NCBI GenBank assembly: GCA_963675755.2 | Contig: CAXXMD010000002.1 | Location: 1,824,001 to 1,888,000 of the forward strand | Direction: 5' to 3' | DNA from: a bacterium | Lineage (GTDB): Bacteria; Zhuqueibacterota; Zhuqueibacteria; Residuimicrobiales; Krinioviventaceae | DNA: 64,000 nt | In this document: in pieces, positions 21,472 to 31,029 of the stretch | Numbering within the stretch: position 1 is the first letter of the stretch | How the letters are laid out: each line of letters opens with the position of its first letter | The notes under the pieces: generated by a model | Seen by the model: only the letters and a program-made list of their open reading frames with translations | What the model was told of the DNA's origin: nothing | The model's database searches: none | Made by a program: the position numbers and the translations under genes

Positions 21472-21638
21472 CTTTCGTTTGGGACAGAACTGACACGGAT
21501 AAACTCTGTTTATCCAACACATTAAAGTGCATATCGAAAATATTAATCAATTCATTACTAAAATCATCTTTACTATCGGTTCCAGGGCAGAGCCCCGGAA
21601 CCAGGACTGTAAGGGCGGACCTGCGTGTCCGCCCTTAT
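21472..21638. repeat. Cluster of three REP-like units from different families
   Basis: cgtttggga..ataaactctgttta (as at 30260-30307); ggttccagggcagagccccggaacc (21578-21602); GTAG-like gtaagggcggacctgcgtgtccgcccttat (21609-21638). Confidence 0.65.
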
Positions 21639-21686
21639 CCTTTCGCAAGACTCCAGGCAAACCAGTGTAACAAAAAAAATCACAAT

Positions 21687-21746
21687 TATGTAAATTATAC
21701 TTGACATATGTAAATTATTTTTGTATATATGTAAAGAATAATTAAC
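21687..21746 (+). promoter_or_regulatory. Sigma70 promoter overlapped by three operator-like repeats
   Basis: TTGACA 21701-21706, N17, TATATA; TATGTAAA at 21687, 21707 and 21728. Confidence 0.65.
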
Positions 21747-21764
21747 AAAAAGAAGGAAATCCTG

Positions 21765-21995
21765 ATGAAATTGGGAAACAATATCCGTCGTTTACGCTTT
21801 GACAATAACGAAATGTCTCAGCAGGATCTGGCAGATGCAGTTGGGGTAACACGCCAAACTATCTTTGCGGTTGAAAAAGGCAAGTTTGTTCCTTCTGCCC
21901 TGTTGGCTCTAAAAATAGCCCGCCATTTTAATAAAGATTTTAACGAGGTCTTTTTTATAATAGATGATAAAGATCTTGATGGGAGGATGAAATGA
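21765..21995 (+). CDS. XRE-family HTH transcriptional regulator
   Basis: NNIRRLR..MSQQDLADAVGVTRQTIFAVEKGKFVPSALLALKIA. Confidence 0.9.
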   Translation: MKLGNNIRRLRFDNNEMSQQDLADAVGVTRQTIFAVEKGKFVPSALLALKIARHFNKDFNEVFFIIDDKDLDGRMK

Positions 21996-22912
21996 AACAA
22001 ACACCACTCAATCCAAAAGGATTAAAAATACTGGTCAATTTATCACTGGTATTTGTTGTAATTTCAACGCTGCTTATGCTGTATAACGCTGTTGCTTATC
22101 TTGATTTTACAGAGCTGTTACAAAAGCCTGAAATTTACGGAATTATAGTAGCTGTCAACACCTTGATTATTTTTGTTACACAACTTTTATTCATCATTAC
22201 AATTATATATGCCATCAGTACTATAAAGATCATGAGATGGACGAGTATGGGGATTTTGCTAGTTGGAATCATTTCATTATTTTCCCTTTTTGGGCATTAT
22301 GGCTGCCTGACCGATATCGCCAAAGAGCTCCCCAGGGGACTGGAAGTGAACCGTGAGATACAAGCAATCTGGATTGCCATGTTCTGGCATTTCCTGTTTT
22401 TCATCTCTTTCTTTATCTATCTGATAAGGATCCGTCACTATTCAAACACTCACACCCTGGAACACTCTATGCTCATGTCTGAAAATCTGTATCTGATTAT
22501 GCATATTACCGGAGTAATTTGCGCGGGTCTGGGACTTTTTGAGATCGTATCAGAATTTTATATGGGCTTGTCGCCGCAAACCCGTCAATGGTTTGTTTTA
22601 CCTATTTTGTTAATCACCGTTGCTCCCTATTTGCTGGTTGCAGCAGGATGGTATTTTAACACCATTCGAGAGCACAAGGCAGGTAATATTGATGAGAAAC
22701 AAAAAATGGATATGATCCTTGCGGGCTATACTGCCTGGCTGGTATCCATACCCATTATGTTATTTTTATATATTTATCAGTATAATAATATACAGGGGTT
22801 GATCAGTATATTCTGGCTGCCCATTTATATTTTTACTACACTTTTTATCTTTTCCGCATGCAGCCTGCTTTACTATAAAAAAGGTTCATTTTCTCTAAAC
22901 GCAATGGAATAA
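21992..22912 (+). CDS. Integral membrane protein, translationally coupled to the XRE regulator
   Basis: About 8 hydrophobic segments; ATGA overlap with the XRE stop; IDEKQ motif before the last TM pair. Confidence 0.75.
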   Translation: MKQTPLNPKGLKILVNLSLVFVVISTLLMLYNAVAYLDFTELLQKPEIYGIIVAVNTLIIFVTQLLFIITIIYAISTIKIMRWTSMGILLVGIISLFSLFGHYGCLTDIAKELPRGLEVNREIQAIWIAMFWHFLFFISFFIYLIRIRHYSNTHTLEHSMLMSENLYLIMHITGVICAGLGLFEIVSEFYMGLSPQTRQWFVLPILLITVAPYLLVAAGWYFNTIREHKAGNIDEKQKMDMILAGYTAWLVSIPIMLFLYIYQYNNIQGLISIFWLPIYIFTTLFIFSACSLLYYKKGSFSLNAME

Positions 22913-22919
22913 ACTCCTC

Positions 22920-22967
22920 TCCCGGACTGTATATATTGATAGTTTTTAGATACAGTCCGGGAATTTT
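22920..22967 (+). terminator. Intrinsic terminator
   Basis: tcccggactgtat / atacagtccggga followed by a T run. Confidence 0.65.
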
Positions 22968-23251
22968 TGTACATTTTTTTCTCTTTCTTTCTAAAATACT
23001 ACACTTTAATTTAACACACTTTTCATAAATTTTACTTGAATATAAAATAAATCATTTATATTTTCCAAAAGCAGTATAATCAGTATATTAATTTACAAAG
23101 GGGATCCAATCGGCAAGATTAAATACTATTAATTCAAATTAAATAATATTTAAACAGGCTATTAACTGGTACCTTTTGGTATTATATATATTTTCACTCC
23201 ATATTGTAATATCAAAGATACATAAAACCTTACCTGATGTTGGAGGTCTAG

Positions 23252-26200
23252 ATGATAAAAAAGCTACTGTATTTTTTAATTGCACTATCCGCATTTCTTC
23301 TTTTTTCAGGTTTTACAAACGATAATTCAATCACATTACTCACCCAGGAACAATTGGGACGAATTGACGGCAGGCTGCACACTTTGTTTAAAAACCAGTC
23401 AAGTTCCAGCCTTAGAACTCAGGCAATGACCAAAGATCCCTATCTCGCAACGCAAACATCAGTTATTGAAAGAAAAGATGGTTCTGTGGCGTATGGTGTT
23501 GTTATACGCACAGATGATCCCGATGCATTGATCAATGCGGGTGTACCGGTTAACGCTGTTATTACTGGTTATGTTACAGCATATCTTTCACCTGAGCAAA
23601 TGATTTCAGCACTCGAGATATCCCAGGTTACGCATATAAGTCTGGGTTCAATGTCTTATCCTAAAAACGATCTGGCAGTTGGCAGTATTGGGGCAGATTT
23701 ACTGCACAACAGCTATTTGAACAATACCGAATACAAAGGTAGTGGTGTATTGGTTTGTATTATAGATACCGGTATAGACTGGGAGCATTTGGATTTTCGT
23801 GATCCTGTAGACAATACAAAAAGCCGCATTCTCTATATCTGGGACCAAACACTGACAGCAACCGGTGGAGAAGGTACCCCGGCAGACAGAGACCCTACTA
23901 ATTTTGGTACATTAGACACCGGGGTTGAATATACTCAGGCAGATATTGAAGATGAAATTGACGGTTCGCCCGCAGGTTTTGTAAGAGAAGCGGATATTAA
24001 CGGACATGGGACCCACGTAGCAGGCTCCGCAGCAGGTAATGGTGCTGCGTATTCCAGTAAAAGTTATGCCGGAGTAGCACCGGAAGCAGATATTATTGTA
24101 GTCAAAGCCGGTAATGGCAGTTTTTCAGACACTGATGTTATAAACGCATTGGCATATGCGCAAAAGATGTCAGAAACCCTGGGCAAACCCATTGTTGTGA
24201 ATATGAGTCTGGGAGGACACAAAAATGCTCATGATGGTACAAGTTCTGAAGAAGTTGCTGTTGATGATTTTACCGGCGCAGGACGCGTAGCTGTAATTGC
24301 CGCGGGTAATGAAGGCAGCGATCTCATCCACTTTTCCGGTACAGTTCCAGGAAGCAGTACTACAGATGTGACCATTAGCATTCCATCCTATTCAGATAAT
24401 TCAGGAAATGTTAATGATTATTTGGGATTACAGATGTGGTATGATGATGCTTCAGATGTTTCCATGACTATTGATCCTCCCAATATTGCTCCTTTTACAG
24501 CAAATGCCGGTGATAAAGGTGTCTGGCCGATTACTACAGACGGCACCGTCTATGTTGAAAACGAAATTGACTCTGATTACACCAATGGTGATCGAAAACA
24601 CACCATTGAAGTTTATGATGCAACTGAAGCAGAACCTCCCGCTGATGGCACCTGGACAGTAACGTTAACGAATAATACCGGTTCTGCTGTAGATTTTCAC
24701 GGTTGGCTATATATGCAAACCATGACAGTTAATATCACCGGTGCTAATACAAATTATACAGTAGGCAAGCCCGGTACCGCATCCAACGCAATAACTGTGG
24801 GTGCATATACCAGTCGATGGCGTTTTTCTAATACGTCAGGAAGCGGATTGAGCTACACGGGTACGGAAACATCTGATGATAAAGCTGGTTTTAGCAGCAT
24901 TGGTCCCAGACGTGACGATGTTCAAAAACCCGATATTGTAGCTCCGGGTATGGGCATTTTCTCTTCGATGTCACAAAGTGCTTCAGTAAGTTCATCAAAT
25001 ATTGCTCCCGGAGACCAACATTTCTTAACTCAGGGTACCAGCATGGCATGCCCGGTAACCACTGGGGCAGTTGCCTTGTTATTGGAAGCCAACCCAAACC
25101 TGACTGCTGCTGAAGTAAAATCTTTGATCACCAGTACAGCCATGACAGACACATATACTGGCGGTTCATTACCGGATTATGAATGGGGATACGGCAAGCT
25201 GGATATTTTCAAAGCCGCCGCTAAATTACAGGATTCCGGGACTACATTAGACCGGGAAATATTGGCATATGATACCTGGAGTGGTGATGCATCACAAGCT
25301 GTTTTAGTAAATGAAAAAATTGCTACACGTTTTACACCTTCATTAAGTGGTAAAGTTACCGGCTTTTTTTATCACCCATCAACAACAGTTACAATAACCG
25401 GCCCCATGTATGCAGAAATTTGGTCAGATAATGGCGGACTTCCAAATGCTAAACTGGGAAGTACCGTTACAATTAATCAAAATGATATTCTCCCTTATTC
25501 ATGGAACTTTGTTGATCTTTCATCAACAGGTGTTAGTGTTGCAAACGGCACAGACTATCATGTTGTTTTATATTTTTCATCCGGAACTCAAATATATATC
25601 CGATATGATGGTGGTTCCGTTGATAACCGCTCGTCAATGGATACCGGAGGTGGTTGGGCAGCTTATGGATCTGGCGATTTCCGCATGCGCCCGGTCATTA
25701 CTACAGATGAAAACACCTTGCTGGCCGCCAAAGTATTTCTACAAGGCCCATACGATACAGTGAATGATGAAATGACTACCAACCTTAATGCGTCAGACAT
25801 TCCTACAACTTCACCCTATAGTGAAGATGCAAGAACTGTTTCTTCTATCCCAACTGATATTACCGATTGGGTTCTGGTACAGCTCCGCAGTACCATTGAT
25901 GGCAGTGCGGTTGTCTCTCACAGTGCATTTTTGCACAAAGACGGACGAATTGTTGCAGATAATGGCACTTCTGGTGATATTCCACTGGCTGTTGATGCAG
26001 GAAGTTATTATATTGTTGTAAAACATCGCAATCATATTGCGGTGATGAGCGACGAAACCCACGGTCTTGCAACCAGCAGTTCAACCCTGTATGATTTTAC
26101 AACAGGAACAGATAAATACAGGGACGCGGCAGGTAAAGAACTGGAAACAGGAGTTTACGGCATGTATTACGGAGATACGGATGCTTCGGGAACTGTTGAT

Positions 26201-26341
26201 GCCAGTGACAGAGCTGCAACCTGGAATGACAGAAACAATACAGGTTACCAGGACAGTGATTGCGACCTTTCCGGCACTGTAGACGCCAGCGACAGAGCAG
26301 CAACCTGGAATAATCGCAATGTTACCACTCACATTCAGTAA
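23252..26341 (+). CDS. Secreted S8 (subtilisin-like) peptidase with C-terminal Ig + dockerin-like module
   Basis: Catalytic IIDTGID, GHGTHVAG, AAGNEG, GTSMACP; C-terminal KVFLQGPYD..HRNH..GDTDASGTVDASD / SDCDLSGTVDASD; no CTD. Confidence 0.9.
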   Translation: MIKKLLYFLIALSAFLLFSGFTNDNSITLLTQEQLGRIDGRLHTLFKNQSSSSLRTQAMTKDPYLATQTSVIERKDGSVAYGVVIRTDDPDALINAGVPVNAVITGYVTAYLSPEQMISALEISQVTHISLGSMSYPKNDLAVGSIGADLLHNSYLNNTEYKGSGVLVCIIDTGIDWEHLDFRDPVDNTKSRILYIWDQTLTATGGEGTPADRDPTNFGTLDTGVEYTQADIEDEIDGSPAGFVREADINGHGTHVAGSAAGNGAAYSSKSYAGVAPEADIIVVKAGNGSFSDTDVINALAYAQKMSETLGKPIVVNMSLGGHKNAHDGTSSEEVAVDDFTGAGRVAVIAAGNEGSDLIHFSGTVPGSSTTDVTISIPSYSDNSGNVNDYLGLQMWYDDASDVSMTIDPPNIAPFTANAGDKGVWPITTDGTVYVENEIDSDYTNGDRKHTIEVYDATEAEPPADGTWTVTLTNNTGSAVDFHGWLYMQTMTVNITGANTNYTVGKPGTASNAITVGAYTSRWRFSNTSGSGLSYTGTETSDDKAGFSSIGPRRDDVQKPDIVAPGMGIFSSMSQSASVSSSNIAPGDQHFLTQGTSMACPVTTGAVALLLEANPNLTAAEVKSLITSTAMTDTYTGGSLPDYEWGYGKLDIFKAAAKLQDSGTTLDREILAYDTWSGDASQAVLVNEKIATRFTPSLSGKVTGFFYHPSTTVTITGPMYAEIWSDNGGLPNAKLGSTVTINQNDILPYSWNFVDLSSTGVSVANGTDYHVVLYFSSGTQIYIRYDGGSVDNRSSMDTGGGWAAYGSGDFRMRPVITTDENTLLAAKVFLQGPYDTVNDEMTTNLNASDIPTTSPYSEDARTVSSIPTDITDWVLVQLRSTIDGSAVVSHSAFLHKDGRIVADNGTSGDIPLAVDAGSYYIVVKHRNHIAVMSDETHGLATSSSTLYDFTTGTDKYRDAAGKELETGVYGMYYGDTDASGTVDASDRAATWNDRNNTGYQDSDCDLSGTVDASDRAATWNNRNVTTHIQ

Positions 26342-26365
26342 CGATTTACCGGAGGATAGATAAAA

Positions 26366-27523
26366 ATGAAAAAATTATTAATACTATTATTATTATTAGC
26401 AAGCATTACTGCCGCGCAAACCTATGATTTCACCCTGACAGTTCAAAATCAACAGGTCAGCGGTACTGATTTCATTTTTGATATTTATATGTTAAGAACC
26501 GGTTCAGCAGATATTTATTTGGGTGAATGTGATTTCGTTCTTACGTTTAACAATGGTAATTTTACCAGTCCGGTTGCTTCTGTTGTAACTGCGGAATCAA
26601 GAATTGCCACTTGGTATACATTATCCCCAACTATTGAAGCTACGAACAGGATAATATTAAATGTCCAAAAAGCACCATTTAGCAACCAAACCGATTTTGA
26701 TAATCGTGTACAGGTTATTGGTACATCCGGGAATGGTACGCTGATTGCGCAAATAAAGATCACCAACATTAGCAACACCGGTGGTACTGCGGGATTACAG
26801 TGGAGAACATCTGATCCCAATAAAACAAACATTCAGAGACTTGATAATACGGATCCCTGGGCGCTGGTTGATATTACATCAAGCGGTACCTATACAAATC
26901 CATCGGATGCAAGTCTGCCGGTTAGTTTGGCTTCCTTTAACGCGACCAGCACCCCGCAGGGTGTTTTGCTGACATGGTCTACCGAGAGCGAAATGAACAA
27001 CCTGGGTTATATTCTTGAGAAACAATTGATCGGTGATACTCAATGGACACAGGTAGCCAACTATAAAACCCATGACGAGTTGAAAGGCCAGGACAATTCA
27101 ACAACCCGACACGATTATTCTTTTACCGATAAAAATGTACAGGCCAACAGTGACTATACCTACCGTCTCTCGGATGTAGACAAGGATGGTAATAGAACAG
27201 TTAAAAAAAGTATTGACGTAACAGTTACTGCTGTCGTTCCCAAAACCACAGCATTACTGCATCCGTATCCAAATCCATTCAATCCCAAAACAAAAATCAG
27301 ATACGACCTTGCTAAAGACGCCAATGTAGATCTGTTTATTGTAGATATTTTGGGTCGCTCGGTGGTTACACTGATCGACAATCAGCAAACTCAAGCAGGC
27401 TCTTATGATATCACCTGGAACGGTCAGTCTGCTGCCGGCAATTATGCAGCCAGCGGCACCTACTTTGTGGTATTCAATGCAGATAATGTAAGACACATAC
27501 AAAAAGTTGTATTTTTGAAATAA
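26366..27523 (+). CDS. Secreted cohesin-like + Ig + CTD protein
   Basis: Signal peptide; beta-sandwich FDIYM..YLGECDFVLTFN..GTLIAQIKI; SLPVSLASF linker; YPNPFNP CTD; GGAGG RBS, 24 bp after the protease stop. Confidence 0.75.
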   Translation: MKKLLILLLLLASITAAQTYDFTLTVQNQQVSGTDFIFDIYMLRTGSADIYLGECDFVLTFNNGNFTSPVASVVTAESRIATWYTLSPTIEATNRIILNVQKAPFSNQTDFDNRVQVIGTSGNGTLIAQIKITNISNTGGTAGLQWRTSDPNKTNIQRLDNTDPWALVDITSSGTYTNPSDASLPVSLASFNATSTPQGVLLTWSTESEMNNLGYILEKQLIGDTQWTQVANYKTHDELKGQDNSTTRHDYSFTDKNVQANSDYTYRLSDVDKDGNRTVKKSIDVTVTAVVPKTTALLHPYPNPFNPKTKIRYDLAKDANVDLFIVDILGRSVVTLIDNQQTQAGSYDITWNGQSAAGNYAASGTYFVVFNADNVRHIQKVVFLK

Positions 27524-27531
27524 TAAAATCC

Positions 27532-27562
27532 GGCTGGCAGTCCTCCAAACTGCCAGCCTTTT
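27532..27562 (+). terminator. Intrinsic terminator closing the protease/partner operon
   Basis: ggctggcagt..actgccagcc followed by tttt. Confidence 0.75.
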
Positions 27563-27598
27563 CTTACCTCCCCCATCTCTCTTGATCTCAATTTCTTC

Positions 27599-27627
27599 TT
27601 GACATTCAAACAATAAAATCCTATAAT
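27599..27627 (+). promoter_or_regulatory. Consensus sigma70 promoter
   Basis: TTGACA-N17-TATAAT exact match upstream of 27720. Confidence 0.75.
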
Positions 27628-27719
27628 TACTAGGGAAAAGAAAAAGAACAATATCTATAGTATGTAAACCGGCGCAAACCTAATTCATTAAATTTGTAGT
27701 TATCAAAAACAGGCACACC

Positions 27720-30029
27720 ATGCATTTCAAATCTTTTATTCTTGTCTTTTTTCTCCTGGTCCTGTTCGCTGCCGGTTGTAATGTTGCCACCCGTGGGGAT
27801 TACAGCATAACCAAAGCTGATGTTTATTATCGCTCAGGTCAATTGGATGAAGCCCTTAAACACCTCAAAAAACTCGTTTCATTTGAATACGACAATATTG
27901 AAGCCCATCTGCGTATTGCAGAAATTTATGATGAAATGGAAAACTGGGAATATGCCAGGCTTTGGGCCGAACGCACAATGAAACTGGATTATAACAATCC
28001 GGGCGCTCGCCTCATCTATGCAAAATCATGTCGTGAACGCGGATATATACGTCCCCAACCCTTGCGTTTTTTTGACTGGAAAGATGCAAAAAAGAAATTC
28101 CTACAGGTCATGGAGGTTGATTCATCATTCAATAAAGTATTGTACGAGTATGCGGTTTTCCAGGGATACAAAAAAGAGTTTATGGACGGAATCAAAACCC
28201 TGGAAGCGCACCGGAAATATTATCCCGAAGACATCAAAGCCTTTGAAAAACAAAATTATTACTATGATGCCATCTGCTTTCTGGGAGAGGATGAGGATAT
28301 TCGTGAATTAAAGCAAATGGATACCGACCTTGCCCGCTTTTATTATGGAGAATATTGCAGACAACATGATATGCTTGAACAGGCCGATTCTGTTTTCCAA
28401 AGCCTGGATGGCTCCCGCTCTATATCTCCTACTTTGTACGACTTTGCACTGGCAAAACTGGCAGTTCAGCAGGAGCGATATACAGATGCTGAACGTTTAT
28501 ATATGGCCGCCATTGATACCATGGCTACCCGTATGGATGTTAATTTTGTCTATAATGACATGAAATATGTCTTTTCGGATGCGGAATTTGAATATTATGA
28601 TAAGATTGCAGACAAGACAGACGTAAGAACATTTTTCAAAAAAAGCTGGTTACGCAGAAATCCGCTGCCCGCCTCTCCTTCCAATCCCCGTTTGATTGAA
28701 CATTTAAAAAGAATGGTCTATGCGGAAAAAAACTATCGCATTGTTCGCGTAGGCAAATATCGCTGGTCACCACAGCAATGGGAGATCAACCAGGTACCGC
28801 ATGTCTATACACTGGCAAACCGTTTTGAAGATCGGGGGGTTGTATATATTCGTCATGGTGAACCGGCGGACAAGGCTATTGCCTTTGGTGGTGATCTGTT
28901 TGATGAGTGGATGCAAACCAGCGGCAAAGAGCGCTGGAACGAATCATTACGCAATGGGGAATCCTGGTTATACCCTGCTTCTGGTACTACCCCAAAGATG
29001 ATCTTTCATTTTGCAATGGGAAATGAAGCAGAACCCCGCCTGGTGCCCATACTTCCGCGTATAATGGTACAGGATTGCTACAACTGGGATAAAAAATACG
29101 CCAGTTATCTTAATTCCCATGACTATGTTGAAGTGATGCAATTTGAAGGAGATATAGTCCGGGAAAACCGGAAAAATATAGAGATTGGTCTTGAAACTGA
29201 CAGGCACCAATGGGACCGTGAGGCACATCCCATTGATATGCCCTTTTACATTGCTGCTTTTGCCGCACCGTTGGGACAAACCCGTTACGAGCTGTATTAC
29301 AGCATTCCTCCACAAACCATAAATAACGATTCCGTCAGCTATTACGATCTGGATTTGGGATTGGGCATTTATGATCTACAGTGGGACGAAATAGAAACCA
29401 CACACAAAGCAATCCCGGTTGAGGATATAATCCAGCAGGATGATTCGTTATACGCATGGACAGATCAGTTCACCTTTACCCTCGATACCATAGACCATGC
29501 CATCAGCTTTTACGCAAAAACCAAAGATCTGATGCATGTTGGAGGACACAAATTCAAACTCGTCCCGCGAACATTCAATGATACAGAACTCTGCATGAGC
29601 GACCTTGAACTGGCCCGCCAACTGGAAAGTTCTGAAAATTCGGATGGGAAATTTATTAAAAACCAATTACGAGTGGTTCCTCAACCCAGCCTGAAATTTA
29701 ATCCTAAAAATCCGGTTTATGTTTATTTTGAGATCTACAACCTTCCGGTGACACAAAGCCGGTTGGAATACCAGATCCAGTACAAGGTCAATCAAAAAAA
29801 AGCCGCTAAAAAAGGATTTCTCTCAAATCTACCGGGATTTAAAGGCAATCTTTTAAAAGAACAATCCGCAACGCTAGAACGGTACAGCGCCAGTCGTTTT
29901 TCGCCGGAATCCATTGGTCTGGATATGAGTGCCATGGAGCCGGGAGAATATGAAATTGAAGTCAGGATTGTACTTGCAGATGGTGAACAGGTATCGCAAA
30001 AGCAAAAATTTGAGTTGTTAAAAAATTAA
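27720..30029 (+). CDS. TPR + GWxTD-like domain lipoprotein
   Basis: Lipobox AAGC; TPR helices; WLRRNPLP..NPRLIEHLKRMVYAEKNY..FEDRGVVYIRHGEP..ESWLY; C-terminal SDLELA..VYVYFEIYNL. Confidence 0.75.
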   Translation: MHFKSFILVFFLLVLFAAGCNVATRGDYSITKADVYYRSGQLDEALKHLKKLVSFEYDNIEAHLRIAEIYDEMENWEYARLWAERTMKLDYNNPGARLIYAKSCRERGYIRPQPLRFFDWKDAKKKFLQVMEVDSSFNKVLYEYAVFQGYKKEFMDGIKTLEAHRKYYPEDIKAFEKQNYYYDAICFLGEDEDIRELKQMDTDLARFYYGEYCRQHDMLEQADSVFQSLDGSRSISPTLYDFALAKLAVQQERYTDAERLYMAAIDTMATRMDVNFVYNDMKYVFSDAEFEYYDKIADKTDVRTFFKKSWLRRNPLPASPSNPRLIEHLKRMVYAEKNYRIVRVGKYRWSPQQWEINQVPHVYTLANRFEDRGVVYIRHGEPADKAIAFGGDLFDEWMQTSGKERWNESLRNGESWLYPASGTTPKMIFHFAMGNEAEPRLVPILPRIMVQDCYNWDKKYASYLNSHDYVEVMQFEGDIVRENRKNIEIGLETDRHQWDREAHPIDMPFYIAAFAAPLGQTRYELYYSIPPQTINNDSVSYYDLDLGLGIYDLQWDEIETTHKAIPVEDIIQQDDSLYAWTDQFTFTLDTIDHAISFYAKTKDLMHVGGHKFKLVPRTFNDTELCMSDLELARQLESSENSDGKFIKNQLRVVPQPSLKFNPKNPVYVYFEIYNLPVTQSRLEYQIQYKVNQKKAAKKGFLSNLPGFKGNLLKEQSATLERYSASRFSPESIGLDMSAMEPGEYEIEVRIVLADGEQVSQKQKFELLKN

Positions 30030-30056
30030 GATCGTCTGCCAAGGGGGCAACTTTTT

Positions 30057-30860
30057 CTGGTTCCAGGGACCTGACTTGGGACCTTAACAACTGGACAAAT
30101 GTCACCAATAAAGAATATTTACTTCTGGTTCCAAGGCTCTGCCTTGGAAGCCTATCAACGGGACAAAAGTCCCAAACAATATTCCGGGACACATAAATAT
30201 GTGTCGCGATCAATGTGAAAAATGGCCACGGGCCCTGAGTGTTCGCCGCATTACTTGTTCCCAAACTCCCGTTTGGAAACGCAATGACAGGAATAAACTC
30301 TGTTTATTCAAAATAATACTAGATAAATTTCAAATCCGGTTTTAAGGCTCTGCCTTGGAAGCCTATCAACGGGACAAATGTCCCCAAGCTAATATTCCAC
30401 GACACATAAATATGTATCGCGATCAGGTGTATCCTCGGTCCCTTCGATACATTCGCCTGCGGCGAACACTCAGGGCCCGGAGGCGAGTTCCGACTCCAAG
30501 GCTTACTCGTTCCCAAACTCCCGTTTGGGAACGCAATGACAGTAATAAACTCTGTTTATATAAAATAATACTAGATAAATTTCAAATCCGGTTTTAAGGC
30601 TCTGCATTGGGACCCTAACAACGGGACAAATGTCCCAAATCAATATTCCGCGACACATAAATATGTGTCGCGATCAGTGAACGGGGATTTCGGACAACCT
30701 GAAATATGTATCGCGATCAAAATTTCAAATCTGGTTCTAAGGCTCTGCCTTGGAAGTCTATCAACGGGACAAAGGTCCCTCCAACAATATTCCACGACAC
30801 ATAAATATGTGTCGCGATCAGTGGAGTTAACTGCGTTAATTCGCGTTAATCTGTGGTTAA
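30057..30860. repeat. Mosaic array of palindromic repeat cassettes
   Basis: Three-hairpin cassette at 30125-30212, 30336-30425, 30588-30676, 30731-30820 (partial at 30057); ~175 bp direct duplication 30251-30425/30503-30676; GIY-type palindromes 30229-30250 and 30436-30480. Confidence 0.9.
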
Positions 30861-30921
30861 ATATATTTCATCCGCTTCAAAGCTCACCCCCCTCCCTAAA
30901 ACCCAGATCCAACATTTTCTC

Positions 30922-30950
30922 TTGACATTCAATTTCAAATACAGTATAAT
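30922..30950 (+). promoter_or_regulatory. Consensus sigma70 promoter
   Basis: TTGACA-N17-TATAAT exact match; shares TTGACATTCAA with the 27599 promoter. Confidence 0.75.
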
Positions 30951-31029
30951 AAAAACGGGAAGAGCAAACAGCATTGTTTGTGGTGTTAAATAAATCCAAA
31001 TACATTCACAGAATACACGAGGGGTAACT

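Noticed and set aside
30057-30860. CRISPR array
   Set aside because: Units are ~90 bp, degenerate and irregularly spaced; intervening DNA is itself repeated; copies are dispersed; no cas genes in the window.
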